From a virus (Duplodnaviria > Caudoviricetes): a DNA stretch of 64,000 nt. How positions within the stretch are numbered: position 1 is the stretch's first letter; every line of letters starts with the position of its first letter. The stretch spans positions 1-64,000 of the IMG/VR virus record IMGVR_UViG_3300050509_000509; one strand, given 5' to 3'. Position numbers and translations under genes: made by a program. Below are positions 9,852-18,345 of this stretch, piece after piece. Under the pieces are notes generated by a model. That model saw only the letters and a list, made by a program, of their open reading frames with translations. It was not told the DNA's origin and ran no database searches.

Positions 9852-9869
9852 CTTTATCAAAAAAATAAC

Positions 9870-10880
9870 ATGCCACGACAATCAGAAAGTATGACAGAAG
9901 CCAGAACAGCCTTACAGAAAGAATTAGATAGATGTGAAAAGGAATTTGGGGTTGGCACAGTAATTAGCTCCTCTCAGAGAGGAGAGAGAGTAGAGGTAAT
10001 ATCGACAGGATCGTTGACACTTGACAAGGCGACGGGAATAGGAGGTCTACCAAGAGGTAAGGTGGTAGAGATTAAGGGTTGGGAATCGAGTGGGAAGAGT
10101 ACATTAATGTTACAGACCATTGCAAATGCGCAACATATGGGATTAAAGTGCCTCCTTGTAGACGGTGAGGAAAGTTTTGACAAGAAATATGCGCAAAATC
10201 TTGGTATAGATACAGATGCTTTAATGATAAGACAATTGGATGAACATGGTGGGGAGAGATGTTATGATATAGCCGAAAGGCTCATGAGGACCAGGGAACT
10301 TGGGGTAGTAATATTTGACTCACAGACCTCACTGCTACCGAAGAAGGTATTGACGAGTTCATCAGCTGAAAGTGCTATTGGATTGCATGCTCGTTTAATG
10401 AGTCAGACTGTGCCAAAAATTGTGAATGCAGCAGCCTATGGCAATACACTGGTTGTATATATATCTCAGCTCAGAGAGAAGGTAGGATTTATATTCGGCA
10501 ACCCAGAGACCACTAATGGTGGGCATGCACTGAAGTTCTATGCGCATATGCGTATTGATGTAAGCAAGAGCGTGATTAAGGATACGGAGACCAAAGAGGC
10601 CATGGCTAATAAGACGATCTGTAAGGTAATCAAGAATAAACTTGCCCCTCCATTTGGTGAGGCGAGTTTTCGAATAAATTTTGGAACAGGAGTAGATACC
10701 AACTTTGAACTTATGGATCTTGGAGAAGAGCTCGGTATATTGATGCGCTCTGGTTCATGGTTTAAATACAAGGATGAAAATATAGCTAACGGAGACAAAA
10801 ATATGCACCAGTTATTAGAGGATAATCCTTTACTGGCAGCTGAGCTACATCAGATTATCAAAGAAAAACTCTTACAATGA
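9870..10880 (+). CDS. recA: RecA recombinase
   Basis: ISTGSLTLDKATGIGGLPRG, Walker A GWESSGKST, SQLREKVG, GNPETTNGGHALKFYA, KNKLAPPF. Likely start MPRQ at 9870. Confidence 0.95.
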   Translation: MPRQSESMTEARTALQKELDRCEKEFGVGTVISSSQRGERVEVISTGSLTLDKATGIGGLPRGKVVEIKGWESSGKSTLMLQTIANAQHMGLKCLLVDGEESFDKKYAQNLGIDTDALMIRQLDEHGGERCYDIAERLMRTRELGVVIFDSQTSLLPKKVLTSSSAESAIGLHARLMSQTVPKIVNAAAYGNTLVVYISQLREKVGFIFGNPETTNGGHALKFYAHMRIDVSKSVIKDTETKEAMANKTICKVIKNKLAPPFGEASFRINFGTGVDTNFELMDLGEELGILMRSGSWFKYKDENIANGDKNMHQLLEDNPLLAAELHQIIKEKLLQ

Positions 10881-11110
10881 AAATCTTCGCTGTGGTCCTG
10901 AGCTGCCTTATGCTCAAGCCTGTAAGTGAACCGAAGCATATCTGCTCTTGCAAGATACAAGTTCGGTACTACCTGGAAGGAGAGCTTCAGATAACTGGCT
11001 ATATAAAAGATTCGGCATACATGTCGACTGAACTCCCTATCGCCAGCACAAATAAGTGGACTGGCAGTATCACCATATATGACTCCGTGGCAATAATCAT
11101 AAATCCATAA
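10877..11110 (+). CDS. Small hypothetical protein with hydrophobic N-terminus
   Basis: ATGA overlap with the recA stop. Confidence 0.5.
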   Translation: MKIFAVVLSCLMLKPVSEPKHICSCKIQVRYYLEGELQITGYIKDSAYMSTELPIASTNKWTGSITIYDSVAIIINP

Positions 11111-11111
11111 T

Positions 11112-11312
11112 ATGACAATTAAAGAGTTTGCCACCCAATGGGGCCTAGATGAAAGAACGTTGCTGTATCTCAGAGATACCCAGCGCCGACTCTCAGAGGA
11201 GTGGATAGATGGGTCGGAGTACGAAGAATACCTGATGATGTGCGGCCTGACTATGGGCTCTATTGTAAGTAAACTGTCTATCACAGATATAGATATACTT
11301 GAAAATACATGA
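11112..11312 (+). CDS. Small hypothetical protein
   Basis: 66-aa ORF, tightly packed. Confidence 0.55.
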   Translation: MTIKEFATQWGLDERTLLYLRDTQRRLSEEWIDGSEYEEYLMMCGLTMGSIVSKLSITDIDILENT

Positions 11313-11665
11313 AGAAGTCACCACTCAAAAAATACAGTAAAAGACGGAAGGAAAGAAGAGGCAAAGCCAATCGGGAGGTGAATGCCATGAAGGAATTCTT
11401 TGCATCCTTCTGGGGCTCTCTGAGAAAGGAGCAGAGAAGATGCTATGAGACAGGGGATGCTATATATGACCCCCGTACCTTCAATTTCCATCATGTGCTA
11501 CCTAAAGAGATATACCCTCAGTACCAATATTCCACGTGGAACATTGTACTTGTGGGGTGGACGATACATGACCAGATTCACAGAGATATAGACCGGTTGC
11601 CAAAAGTAAAGGCGCTTTACGAAGAGTTATTACTCAAACATCAAAACGGAGAATTAAAACCATGA
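11309..11665 (+). CDS. HNH-like endonuclease
   Basis: CYETG...FHHVLPK...NIVLV...H pattern. Confidence 0.6.
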   Translation: MKKSPLKKYSKRRKERRGKANREVNAMKEFFASFWGSLRKEQRRCYETGDAIYDPRTFNFHHVLPKEIYPQYQYSTWNIVLVGWTIHDQIHRDIDRLPKVKALYEELLLKHQNGELKP

Positions 11666-11856
11666 TGGGCGAAGATAAATTCAGCCGCTTGCAGACAGTG
11701 AGGAAAGTAGGAGGGGATTACACCTTTGAAGGTGTTGTTGTAGCAGTATTTACCAAGCTTTCGGGCAAGGTAAGATATGTAGTGGAGGATGACAGAGGAG
11801 TTCTACATATATTTTCGGATAAGCAATTAGAAGCAACCGATGAACTAACCTCCTAA
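11662..11856 (+). CDS. Small SH3-like hypothetical protein
   Basis: VRKVGGDYTFEGVVVAVF...VRYVVED...LHIF; ATGA overlap. Confidence 0.6.
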   Translation: MMGEDKFSRLQTVRKVGGDYTFEGVVVAVFTKLSGKVRYVVEDDRGVLHIFSDKQLEATDELTS

Positions 11857-11880
11857 TTATACATTTAAAAATCAAGAAGT

Positions 11881-12096
11881 ATGAACAAGTTCAGTTTATT
11901 TCAGTATGCAGTAATCCTGCATAAAAAAGAGACGAAGGATGGCAAGACAGAGTTTGTAGGAGCAGAGATGATTATTGAGCCCACTACCATGCTGGCGCGC
12001 AACGAGCGGGATGCTATATTCAAGATCACCAGGATGATCCCTGAGGAGAAAGCGACCAATCCGGATGACATTGATATCATCATCCGAAATTTTTAA
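11881..12096 (+). CDS. 71-aa hypothetical protein; probably extended by a -1 frameshift to 12350
   Basis: A-rich leader. Ends in A_AAT_TTT_TAA, a slippery site. Confidence 0.65.
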   Translation: MNKFSLFQYAVILHKKETKDGKTEFVGAEMIIEPTTMLARNERDAIFKITRMIPEEKATNPDDIDIIIRNF

Positions 12097-12162
12097 TTGC
12101 CCCACCTGCTGGGGGCCTGAGAGGACAGCTCGCGCAAGCCGTGAAAAACACAAGTCAGCAGG
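12087..12162 (+). other. Putative -1 programmed ribosomal frameshift element
   Basis: In-frame X_XXY_YYZ heptamer AAATTTT (12087-12093), 5-nt spacer, stem GCCCC/GGGGC. Loop CCTGCTG is complementary to CAGCAGG at 12156-12162. Confidence 0.6.
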
Positions 12163-12381
12163 ACTGGGAAAGGAAAGTGAGAGCCAAAACCAGAGGAGTA
12201 AATATGGATTGGATGGAAGAGGAAAAACAGAGAGTTGCTCCGCAGTTCATGACCTCATCTTTTAATGTAGTACATGATCATGATCAGGATCAGCTACTCC
12301 CCAGCTCCACTGTTTACACAATGAGTTCGGCGCTTGCATCTGGACAATAAGAAGCTCGTATGGTTCGTATTTTAGGTAGAA

Positions 12382-12411
12382 GGCCCCGCAGTGTGTAGCG
12401 GGGCCATTTTT
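12382..12411 (+). terminator. Terminator between the convergent replication and structural arms
   Basis: GGCCCCGC-8 nt-GCGGGGCC followed by ATTTTT, at the strand switch. Confidence 0.8.
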
Positions 12412-12739
12412 ATTTGTCAAATAGCGTCTTTACCTTGCCTTCCACCTCCTTCATACCTGAAGCTACCTCACTGGCAATTACTTGGGAAGTGTTTGCTTCC
12501 AGGATTACTCCCTGTTCGATACCTCGTTTCATGAGATCCATAATTACAGTATATGCCTCATATGTCAGTTGGATGGAAGCACCTCCTTTCTCCATGACTG
12601 CCTGATTGAGTGCATGATAAAGAGATGCAAATTGCATACCTGTCATCTCGAAAACATCGGTTGGATCCCATTTGTAGGAACGTTCTGAACTGTAGGGATT
12701 GTTACTTCGCTGCTGTTGATTGAGTGTCACTCTGCCCAT
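12410..12739 (-). CDS. Hypothetical protein
   Basis: 109-aa ORF preceded by the AAAACCAAG leader motif. Confidence 0.65.
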   Translation of the reverse strand: MGRVTLNQQQRSNNPYSSERSYKWDPTDVFEMTGMQFASLYHALNQAVMEKGGASIQLTYEAYTVIMDLMKRGIEQGVILEANTSQVIASEVASGMKEVEGKVKTLFDK

Positions 12740-13031
12740 TTTCTTGGTTTTGAAAGTTTATGTTGAAGAAAATATTACGTCCTGCACGCATGCTTTTGGA
12801 GAACTCTACCTGGATACCCAGTAATGAATGTAACCTTTTTATCTCTTGTAATACGGGAGCCAGGAACTGGGGCGACGCAGGACATATCCTTACAGATATA
12901 CCTTCAATCCTTTTAGTGACCTGACCTACTGAACCTTCATCTATAGAGGAGATGACACCTTCCAGATATCGAAAATATGTCTGCTCATTCTCAGAGAGAA
13001 GCGTAGGGAATCCGACTTTGTAGAGTTCCAC
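12702..13031 (-). CDS. Hypothetical protein
   Basis: 109-aa ORF coupled to the upstream gene. Confidence 0.6.
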   Translation of the reverse strand: MELYKVGFPTLLSENEQTYFRYLEGVISSIDEGSVGQVTKRIEGISVRICPASPQFLAPVLQEIKRLHSLLGIQVEFSKSMRAGRNIFFNINFQNQENGQSDTQSTAAK

Positions 13032-13432
13032 TACAGCAAAGTTAATAGATATTTCACCTTATACCCAAGTCCGCTCAAATCTGCTGCTTTATTAGATAAA
13101 GCCCACCATTTTGTCATCTCCCCATAGTCATACAGATCATCTGCAAATTTGCATAGTGCATTTAGCAGTTGATCATTGCTCATATCGGTACGGATAGCTA
13201 TATTCTCGAATTTTCCAATCCTTTTAGGGACGACATAACCCAGTATAAGCTCACTTATTTCATCTTTGAATGTTTCCAGACCTGTATACAACTCGTCCAG
13301 CGCTTTATGCTCAGCAAAACTCCTTGTCTGCAGATGGTTGAAGTGTGCCTGCGAATGGAAATAAAACAGCCTGGATATGACTTTGTCGGGGGTAAGCTCT
13401 CCACCATTAGGAGCGCTGGGAAGTATCGCCAT
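13031..13432 (-). CDS. Ferritin/Dps-like four-helix protein (DUF5856-like)
   Basis: HSQAHFNHLQTRSFAEHKALDELY...DEISE...KYLLTL. Confidence 0.65.
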   Translation of the reverse strand: MAILPSAPNGGELTPDKVISRLFYFHSQAHFNHLQTRSFAEHKALDELYTGLETFKDEISELILGYVVPKRIGKFENIAIRTDMSNDQLLNALCKFADDLYDYGEMTKWWALSNKAADLSGLGYKVKYLLTLL

Positions 13433-14116
13433 TTAAAATCGTATTAAGGTTCTACCAAATGTTATACCTACAAAAGGCTGGGGCTCAGCCTTAGTACCTA
13501 CTCCATAACCTACTGAAAGCGAAAGTGCATATTTCTTTGATATCTTCTTTGCAACCTTCACGTATTGTCTGTCAAGATCATCATAAAGTATACTTATAGA
13601 ATCCAGCGACTTACGCATCTTGCTATTGAAACTGAGAGCTGTAGCAAGACGGTTTTCACCAACCTGGACTAACTGATCCTTTGCCTGAAGTAAGCTATCT
13701 GTAACCCGTTTCTGATAGGCTAAGCTAAACTTCAACCTTGTCACTATATCAGACAAGCTATCGCATTTGTCCAGAGCTTCAATATTATTCCCTGCCAATC
13801 GGGCTCTTATGACTTCGGCAGCCAGTTCGGCTGACCGATCTATATAGACCTTTAGCCGGTTATCCACCTGATATTTCAAGACTTTTAGTGAATCTGCTTT
13901 CTTTACTATAAGGTAGGTTGTTTGTTTTAGTGAATCTTCTGTTTCTTTCCATCGCTGTTGAGCTGAATCTAATGCTTTTATTATTGCATCCTTCATGGGC
14001 TTCTCAGAGAGGGAAGAGGTCCGATTGCAACGAGTATCATCCAACAGCAACCATAGAACTATGATTATGGCTGTTGCAAGTATAAATAATTTCCCAATCC
14101 CCTCAAGTCTCTTCAT
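13433..14116 (-). CDS. Spanin-like membrane-anchored coiled-coil protein
   Basis: Likely start MKRLEG at 14116. N-terminal TM helix, long coiled coil, C-terminal amphipathic beta-hairpin ending in Phe. Follows a holin-like gene. Confidence 0.55.
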   Translation of the reverse strand: MKRLEGIGKLFILATAIIIVLWLLLDDTRCNRTSSLSEKPMKDAIIKALDSAQQRWKETEDSLKQTTYLIVKKADSLKVLKYQVDNRLKVYIDRSAELAAEVIRARLAGNNIEALDKCDSLSDIVTRLKFSLAYQKRVTDSLLQAKDQLVQVGENRLATALSFNSKMRKSLDSISILYDDLDRQYVKVAKKISKKYALSLSVGYGVGTKAEPQPFVGITFGRTLIRF

Positions 14117-14306
14117 CTTTTTTCTTTTTAAGACCGAACATCCTGTACAGGTTGTATGCCATTGTAGAGAGAGCAGCAAATATTGTAGCAATCGCTGCCC
14201 ACTCAGTTAGTGAAAGGCGTGCAATTAAGTACAGAAATACAGTAAGTAAAGTCATATACAGACTTCCGTCGTTGTTGTGTTCTCCGTGCATGGCTTTATC
14301 CCTCAT
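14103..14306 (-). CDS. Holin-like small membrane protein
   Basis: 67 aa, two hydrophobic segments, charged C-terminus KKKKDEET. Confidence 0.55.
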   Translation of the reverse strand: MRDKAMHGEHNNDGSLYMTLLTVFLYLIARLSLTEWAAIATIFAALSTMAYNLYRMFGLKKKKDEET

Positions 14307-14324
14307 AACCTTTTAATTACGATA

Positions 14325-14903
14325 CTATGGTGTAGTTGTAGTTGTAGTTGTTGTACTGGTTGTTGTAGTTGTAGTTGTGGTGGTCGTAGTAGTGGTCGTA
14401 GTGGTCGTTGTTGTGGTAGTAGTGGTGGTGGTTGTGGTTGTTGTAGTAGTTGTAGGTCCTACAGTAGCTGTAACTGTATAGGTCTGGAAAGGCTCCGCAG
14501 TGAACGAACAGGTGATCGCAGCAGTCTGCGATGCATCTGTACATACCACATCTCCTGCCACATTCGTTACTGTGACAGTACGATAAGTGCTACCATCTGC
14601 TACAGTAGCTTCAATGAAGTTGCCCTGTGTCGCAGTAAATGTACCTGTCTCAGTAGTTGTACTGGTAACAACTGTTGTACCATTAACATCAATAGTCAGT
14701 GTACCATTCTGACCACCCAATTCTGCAAAGGAGAAGTTGTTGATGTCAGGAGTGCAACATTCATTGGCATTAATTTCAAACCAATAGAATCCCCTTCCAC
14801 CTTCCGGCTTTTTATAGCGAAGGATGAGAGTTCCAGGGACGACCTGCCCAAGTTTATCAACTTTGACAAAGGCTCTTAGCCTCGGGTCTCTTCTTGTAGA
14901 CAT
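14325..14903 (-). CDS. Putative virion protein with 41-residue poly-Thr C-terminal tail
   Basis: Beta-rich domain followed by T32-S-T8-P-stop. Confidence 0.75.
   Translation of the reverse strand: MSTRRDPRLRAFVKVDKLGQVVPGTLILRYKKPEGGRGFYWFEINANECCTPDINNFSFAELGGQNGTLTIDVNGTTVVTSTTTETGTFTATQGNFIEATVADGSTYRTVTVTNVAGDVVCTDASQTAAITCSFTAEPFQTYTVTATVGPTTTTTTTTTTTTTTTTTTTTTTTTTTTTTTTTSTTTTTTTTP
14331..14453 (-). repeat. ACN codon repeat (poly-Thr)
   Basis: 41 codons using mixed ACA/ACT/ACC/ACG. Confidence 0.9.
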
Positions 14904-14907
14904 ATAT

Positions 14908-15996
14908 TTAATTTTGATTTTGTCCTCTTCGTCGTACTTCGATACCTATCTGCTCCATGGGAGCTTCGAAGATCTTGTACATATCAAGTCTTGCTTCTTG
15001 TATCTCACCCACATAATTCTTCGAGCAATACTCATTTGAAACAAAACTCAAATCATCTTCAAAGGGTGTCTTCTCATTATTCACATAAGGCAAATCCCTC
15101 TTATGGAAGAGCATATGCCCTTCCTCTACTGGCCGGGTAGATGCTCCTGCATCATGATATATCTGTACTTTATCCCACTTCTCTATCTTATCTGTGGCCC
15201 AGCAAAAATCCATTTCAGGTGGGCATTCTGTCTTCATACCCTTTTTCCACAGGTTGAACAGAATACTCCACATATCTGCACACCAGGATTGGAAACCTTT
15301 GTCCTCATTCTCAAAGAAACGCTTGTTTACGCTCCTCAAATTCAACCTGACTGTTATACAACCTTTGAATACATCCTGCCAAAATTGAGCATCTATGTTC
15401 TTCAGGAGATACTGTGCACCACCAGACCCTTGCTCGTTCATAACAGCTGTTTCACGTGAAACACCGAACTCTTTGAGCAGGTCACCTAATACATCAATCT
15501 TTTTATAGGAATCAAGCCTTTGAGGAAGAACGTCCTTAATCTTGCTATCGAAGTAGGAAGCAGCGATGTAGCTACGAGTATCACTCAGGTAACATGTATC
15601 GTCACCCAGAAGATTATCGAAGTTAGGCTTTTTGGTGAATATTACATCACTATCCATATATAGAATTGCATTCTCTCTCAGAGAGGACGCAGTTTCGAAG
15701 TATTTGGCAAGGAGCCATGGTCTGAGCAGAGGTATATAGCCTGTTTGCTGGATAAGACGTGGAAGCTCCCCGGTAGTATCTTCTATGAATACGAAATTTG
15801 CTTCTGGATAATCTCCTATTAGCCCTCCCCATTCTTCAGCAAAGGTTCTTCCTCCTTCTCTATTGCTATGTTTCCAGATGAGTGCTGTATAGTTCTCTGA
15901 GAGACCATACTTACGGAGATTATGAAGCTGCACCCTGAGCTGCCATACGAAGTAAAGATCGTTGGGTTGAGCTGTAATGATCCTAAGTTGTCGCAT
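14908..15996 (-). CDS. GT-A glycosyltransferase resembling plant peptide O-glycosyltransferases (SGT1/GT96, HPAT/GT95)
   Basis: YFVWQ, YIPLLRPWLL, ILYMDSDVIF (DxD), GGAQYLL, WCADMW. Confidence 0.65.
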   Translation of the reverse strand: MRQLRIITAQPNDLYFVWQLRVQLHNLRKYGLSENYTALIWKHSNREGGRTFAEEWGGLIGDYPEANFVFIEDTTGELPRLIQQTGYIPLLRPWLLAKYFETASSLRENAILYMDSDVIFTKKPNFDNLLGDDTCYLSDTRSYIAASYFDSKIKDVLPQRLDSYKKIDVLGDLLKEFGVSRETAVMNEQGSGGAQYLLKNIDAQFWQDVFKGCITVRLNLRSVNKRFFENEDKGFQSWCADMWSILFNLWKKGMKTECPPEMDFCWATDKIEKWDKVQIYHDAGASTRPVEEGHMLFHKRDLPYVNNEKTPFEDDLSFVSNEYCSKNYVGEIQEARLDMYKIFEAPMEQIGIEVRRRGQNQN

Positions 15997-16699
15997 GCTC
16001 TTCCTCCCTTTTTAAGAACTCCTCTACCGATATAATATTCATTAACTCTGTCCTTCGATTATCGAAGTAATCCCAATCTTCCTGAGCACGCTCAAAGTTG
16101 ACATGGGCCATATTGAGTTGAAATGCTTTACCTCCTGCCGCCGGACCAGGATTCTGAAGGGGTCTTATTACACCAACTCCCCAGTCTGTATCTATAGTAT
16201 AATACTCAAAAGGTATAGCTGCTCCATACCGGAGTATAGCTTTGTAGCAATCTCCATTCCAGTTGCCACCCTGATCTCCTGTAGTAGTATGCTGGTAAGT
16301 GGGCGGATTCATATCATGAAGCACTATAGTGCCATTCTCTGAGAGGTGCGCGAGGGCATTTTGAATATCCCGGTATACCTGACTTGCTTCATGAAGACCG
16401 TCAATAAATACTATATCGTATTTCTGGATCTCGTTTATTCTCTCGAAATATTGGTCGGAAGTACATTTGAATATGGCCTCCGCCTTTGTAGGCTGATCAG
16501 GCTCCCTCCAGAAGGTATGTACTATAGAATCAGCTGGCATTCTTTCCTTCCGGATATCTTTGGAAGGATTAGGGTCTACTGCTACCTTATGAGCACAATC
16601 TACATTATCAAATGACCAGCCTTTAAAATATCCTATTTCCAGGTATGATTTGTAATCATACTTTGTAATGAAGTGATTAATGATGTCCCATCTATTCAT
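15983..16699 (-). CDS. Class I SAM-dependent methyltransferase (Methyltransf_24-like, probable sugar O-methyltransferase)
   Basis: SYLEIG, VAVDP, YDIVFIDGLH, GTIVLHD. Confidence 0.85.
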   Translation of the reverse strand: MNRWDIINHFITKYDYKSYLEIGYFKGWSFDNVDCAHKVAVDPNPSKDIRKERMPADSIVHTFWREPDQPTKAEAIFKCTSDQYFERINEIQKYDIVFIDGLHEASQVYRDIQNALAHLSENGTIVLHDMNPPTYQHTTTGDQGGNWNGDCYKAILRYGAAIPFEYYTIDTDWGVGVIRPLQNPGPAAGGKAFQLNMAHVNFERAQEDWDYFDNRRTELMNIISVEEFLKREEEHATT

Positions 16700-16734
16700 A
16701 TATGCTTGGTTTTTAGCGACTTGACGTAGAGCCC

Positions 16735-17226
16735 CTACTTTGCCCAGTCGTCTATAGTTACTTTGACGCGCCTGAGGGCTTCTCGGGATCTCCTTTTATA
16801 ATCCATAGTCTGTTCATAAGGACATTTTTCCCATCCTCTAACCTTTGTTCTTGGTTTTGGAGGAGTAGTATGCTTCAGGAATTTTAATATTGTCTTCTCC
16901 AAGGCAGAGATATGTTTTCTGCTAAGTCTCAACAACGCAAATCCCGACCTTCTAACAAGATCTGATTTCTTTGCATCATTCTCTTTCTGTTGTTTGGTGC
17001 TGTGATATTTCGCCCCATCATATTCAATTACTACCCTTTTCCCCGGAACTATAAAATCAAAAACGTAATATCCTCCCTGTTCGTTTCTTCCCTCCCAGAA
17101 AGAGATTTCCTGCTTGAACTTTACTCTGTTCTTTTTCAGGATATTAGCTATCCTGTTTTCCATCGGAGATCTCTCACTATTCTCTAATCTCCATGTATTA
17201 ACGAACCATCCCTTGGGCTTTTTCAT
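16735..17226 (-). CDS. Vsr/DUF559-like endonuclease
   Basis: SPMENRIANIL, FKQE, YVFDF, VIEYDG..YH, ENDAKK, GFALLRL; basic C-terminal tail. Confidence 0.8.
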   Translation of the reverse strand: MKKPKGWFVNTWRLENSERSPMENRIANILKKNRVKFKQEISFWEGRNEQGGYYVFDFIVPGKRVVIEYDGAKYHSTKQQKENDAKKSDLVRRSGFALLRLSRKHISALEKTILKFLKHTTPPKPRTKVRGWEKCPYEQTMDYKRRSREALRRVKVTIDDWAK

Positions 17227-17239
17227 ATAAAATTTCTGC

Positions 17240-17543
17240 TTTTGGGTAATGGAACATTTACATCCGGAGACAGAACTCGGATTCCTGTGGCCTTTTTACG
17301 TACTTTTGTCCACAGAAGGCTTAAACAAACACTCCATACATCCGTTTTTAGATGGAGAACTGAAAATTCTTTTTCCGTTTAAGTCTCCGTCGGGGGTCAT
17401 CATGTTCGAGATGTTGCCCCCACTTTTTTTTCAGTTTTGTCACTACGAGCCAGCTTTTCACCCCTACTCATAGCTTAGTTTGATAAACCGATTACCTTTT
17501 TACCACACCATAAGTACGCGATGTGATTAACCGGGAGGAACCA
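17240..17543 (-). ncRNA. Unidentified large structured RNA upstream of the endonuclease
   Basis: At least nine complementary segment pairs, including long-range and pseudoknot pairings. G-U wobbles are consistent only with the - strand. Confidence 0.55.
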
Positions 17544-18215
17544 CTAAGAACCGGTAGTTTGTGAATGTGAATCCACAAATCTTTTTGTTGTTGAAAATTC
17601 ATTGCTCGAACGAGTCAGCACATATTCCTCTTCATCGCTGAGCGCATTATAGTCCAGATACCAGGGTATGTGCTTTGCAGTCATATTGCCGGCTATTCGG
17701 ATTGATTCATATTGAAAGGGGAGACCCACCTTTATTACACTAAAAGTGGTGTCTACCCCTGCTATATAAACGTCTGTCTCCAGGGATTTCTCCCAGTATC
17801 TTTTCTCCCAATGCCTAGCATAGTTCGCATACTCACTGTCTGGTAAATCATCTATTCGGAGGGCCAGTCCTGCTTTATCGTATTTATATTTTTCGGCCAA
17901 CTGAATCATTTTTTCAATAAAGGCTTCAGGTGTATTAGGGTTTAGTTCTATATCTGAGTCAGTATAGGCTATCCATGAACCCTGCTCGAAATTATTTATG
18001 TAGTCACTGTTGTATACAGCAAGCTGTCCCAGGTTTGAATCCAGGCATACCACCTCACAACCACATTCTTTATACCACTCTCTGAGAGGGGTATACGAAG
18101 AGTTGTTATCAATAATGTGTAGGTTTACGTACCCCAGTCTCTGCAGGTCCATTAGTAACTTCCGGGTAGTTGTCAACCTGTTGAAGTTGTTGATGATTAT
18201 TGGTATCTGGCTCAC
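17544..18215 (-). CDS. GT2-like glycosyltransferase
   Basis: IPIIINNFNR, IIDNNSSY, NLGQ, YTDSD (DxD), DTTF. Confidence 0.8.
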   Translation of the reverse strand: MSQIPIIINNFNRLTTTRKLLMDLQRLGYVNLHIIDNNSSYTPLREWYKECGCEVVCLDSNLGQLAVYNSDYINNFEQGSWIAYTDSDIELNPNTPEAFIEKMIQLAEKYKYDKAGLALRIDDLPDSEYANYARHWEKRYWEKSLETDVYIAGVDTTFSVIKVGLPFQYESIRIAGNMTAKHIPWYLDYNALSDEEEYVLTRSSNEFSTTKRFVDSHSQTTGS

Positions 18216-18345
18216 TCAGACTTTTTTGAATCATTAGAAACATTTCATGTAAAAGGGCAGCATCTTCTGTCTTTGATATTAAACCCATCTTAATAGCTCC
18301 ATCACAAAGTTGTTTGAGCGTGCTTATAGCTTGTTCATTTGTCAT
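18109..18345 (-). CDS. Small hypothetical protein (possible fibre-associated)
   Basis: ATGA-coupled to the upstream fibre gene, but overlaps the GT gene by ~100 nt. Confidence 0.4.
   Translation of the reverse strand: MTNEQAISTLKQLCDGAIKMGLISKTEDAALLHEMFLMIQKSLSEPDTNNHQQLQQVDNYPEVTNGPAETGVRKPTHY

Noticed and set aside
12141-12350. Independent GTG-start gene
   Set aside because: Better explained as the -1 frameshift extension of 11881-12096, though independent initiation is not excluded.
14277-14879. 200-aa Cys/Ser/Gly-rich + strand ORF
   Set aside because: Antisense shadow of the poly-Thr codons in 14325-14903; same for the Val-rich ORF at 62118-62507.
17249-17473. 74-aa + strand ORF in the intergenic gap
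   Set aside because: Opposite to the local transcription direction, no recognisable features, and coincides with the predicted RNA structure.
16700-17543. Classical group I or II intron splitting a gene
   Set aside because: Flanking GT and methyltransferase genes look complete, and I found no group II domain V or canonical group I P7 3' strand. Kept as an unidentified structured RNA instead.
18215-18230. AAAAAAG slippery run joining 18109-18345 to the GT gene
   Set aside because: Not in A_AAA_AAG phase, and a TGA sits immediately before the GT start in that frame.
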